Shown here: positions 53,726 through 54,473 of the stretch, one piece after another
Layout of the letters: each line of letters begins with the position of its first letter
Numbering within the stretch: the stretch's first letter is position 1
NCBI GenBank assembly: GCA_038059415.1
Contig: JBBTJN010000007.1
Coordinates: 1-54,473 of the forward strand
DNA length: 54,473 nt
Source: Elusimicrobiota bacterium
GTDB taxonomy: Bacteria > Elusimicrobiota > Elusimicrobia > UBA1565 > UBA9628
Direction of reading: 5' to 3'
Made by a program: the position numbers and the translations under genes
The notes under the pieces: model-generated
Database searches by the model: none
What the model was told of the DNA's origin: nothing
The model's input: only the letters and a program-made list of their open reading frames with translations

Positions 53726-54397
53726 CTAGAACAGCGACAGGAAGCGGTCTTCGTACTCCTCGAAAAGATCGTGCTCGCGAAGCTTCCTTCCCAGCGCCTC
53801 GACGAAGGAGCGGTCGCGCCGGGCGGAGTCGAAAAGCGCTTCCACCTCGCGCCGCCGCCGGTCACCCTCGCCGCGGTCGGGGGAGAACATGTCACGGCGC
53901 TCCAGGTCCCGCACGTGGCCAGGAAAGGAGCGTGCCGCTTCGTCGAGAGTGAACTTCATGAGCGCCAGCGACCACGCGCTGTCGGGACAGAGGATCACGG
54001 CCCGATCCGTCACGCCGCGCGCTTCGAAGTCGGCGAGCATCCGGTCGGCGATGATGCGTTGGTTCTCGTGAACAACGCACGCGGCGAGGCCCTGGTTGCG
54101 GAAGTTATACTCGAGCCCTCGCAACAGGTCTCGGTAGGATGTCGAGATCCAACGCGCGAACCCGGCGGCCTCGTCTCCGAAGCCTTCAAACCGCTCTTTA
54201 AACGCGCTTGGCGTCAATATCTGCGGGCGCTGAGAGACGACGGTTCCCTCACGTACACGCGTCCGGTCGGGCAACTCGTCTACCGTCGAGATGAGGTGAT
54301 AGTTGATGTGCGTTGAGCCGAAAGTGGCTAGGCGGTGTTTGGGCTCACGCAGGATATGCGTGCGGGAGAGAAGTTTCTGGATCGGGTCTGATGCCAC
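53726..54397 (-). CDS. Conserved hypothetical protein
   Basis: Long ORF with coding-like composition. I recognise no motif. Confidence 0.5.
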   Translation of the reverse strand: MASDPIQKLLSRTHILREPKHRLATFGSTHINYHLISTVDELPDRTRVREGTVVSQRPQILTPSAFKERFEGFGDEAAGFARWISTSYRDLLRGLEYNFRNQGLAACVVHENQRIIADRMLADFEARGVTDRAVILCPDSAWSLALMKFTLDEAARSFPGHVRDLERRDMFSPDRGEGDRRRREVEALFDSARRDRSFVEALGRKLREHDLFEEYEDRFLSLF

Positions 54398-54473
54398 GTC
54401 CTTATTCTAGATAAAATAGACGAGCCAACACCCCGCGTTATTTCGTAGGTTGCTCCCGGGAAAGTCTGGGCGC

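Overview
High-GC bacterial chromosome segment with three parts. (1) nt 1-16066 is ordinary conserved chromosome on mostly the + strand: sufB(partial)-sufC-sufD-sufS-sufU-DUF59, an Rrf2 regulator, Nfu, a PHP phosphoesterase, GDPD, nadA, a YyaL-like protein, a FIST protein, an M2 (ACE-like) peptidase, a DEDDh exonuclease, a beta-carbonic anhydrase and a secreted S1 protease. (2) nt 16067-51268 is a ~35.2 kb integrative island. It is bounded by a 39-nt direct repeat equal to the 5' half of tRNA-Ser(UGA), with a tyrosine integrase and an excisionase-like gene at the right end. (3) nt 51317-54473 is chromosome again (membrane protein, PEBP, hypothetical). The left part of the island is a defence cluster: SIR2-HerA plus a third gene, then a type II/IIS-like R-M with two motif-permuted methyltransferases and an Fe-S protein co-oriented with the endonuclease. 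The rest is a series of + strand modules: PLC-like/lipoprotein/secreted PHP; a solitary ATP-dependent DNA ligase; an ECF-type sigma factor operon with a PD-(D/E)xK-like protein and zinc-ribbon proteins; secreted HEAT/S1-P1 nuclease/HEAT; an exonuclease-less family A polymerase; a Dam-like methyltransferase; a tightly coupled four-gene operon of unknown function; and a replication module (MCM-like helicase, clamp-loader-like ATPase, Gp37/Gp68, DUF2958). I saw no virion genes. The most unusual signal is regulatory. A ~97-nt repeat occurs four times, plus one degenerate copy, always in the same orientation and always at the head of a module. A recurrent YYCGTATA box lies 5-9 nt upstream of start codons, which suggests leaderless mRNAs. 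The sigma gene itself carries TGAAGG-N16-CGTATA, and the repeats carry TGAAGT-N16/17-CCTATA. This suggests an island-encoded sigma regulon driving the cargo. All functional calls come from motif reading of the translated ORFs, with no database search. Start codons are often approximate.
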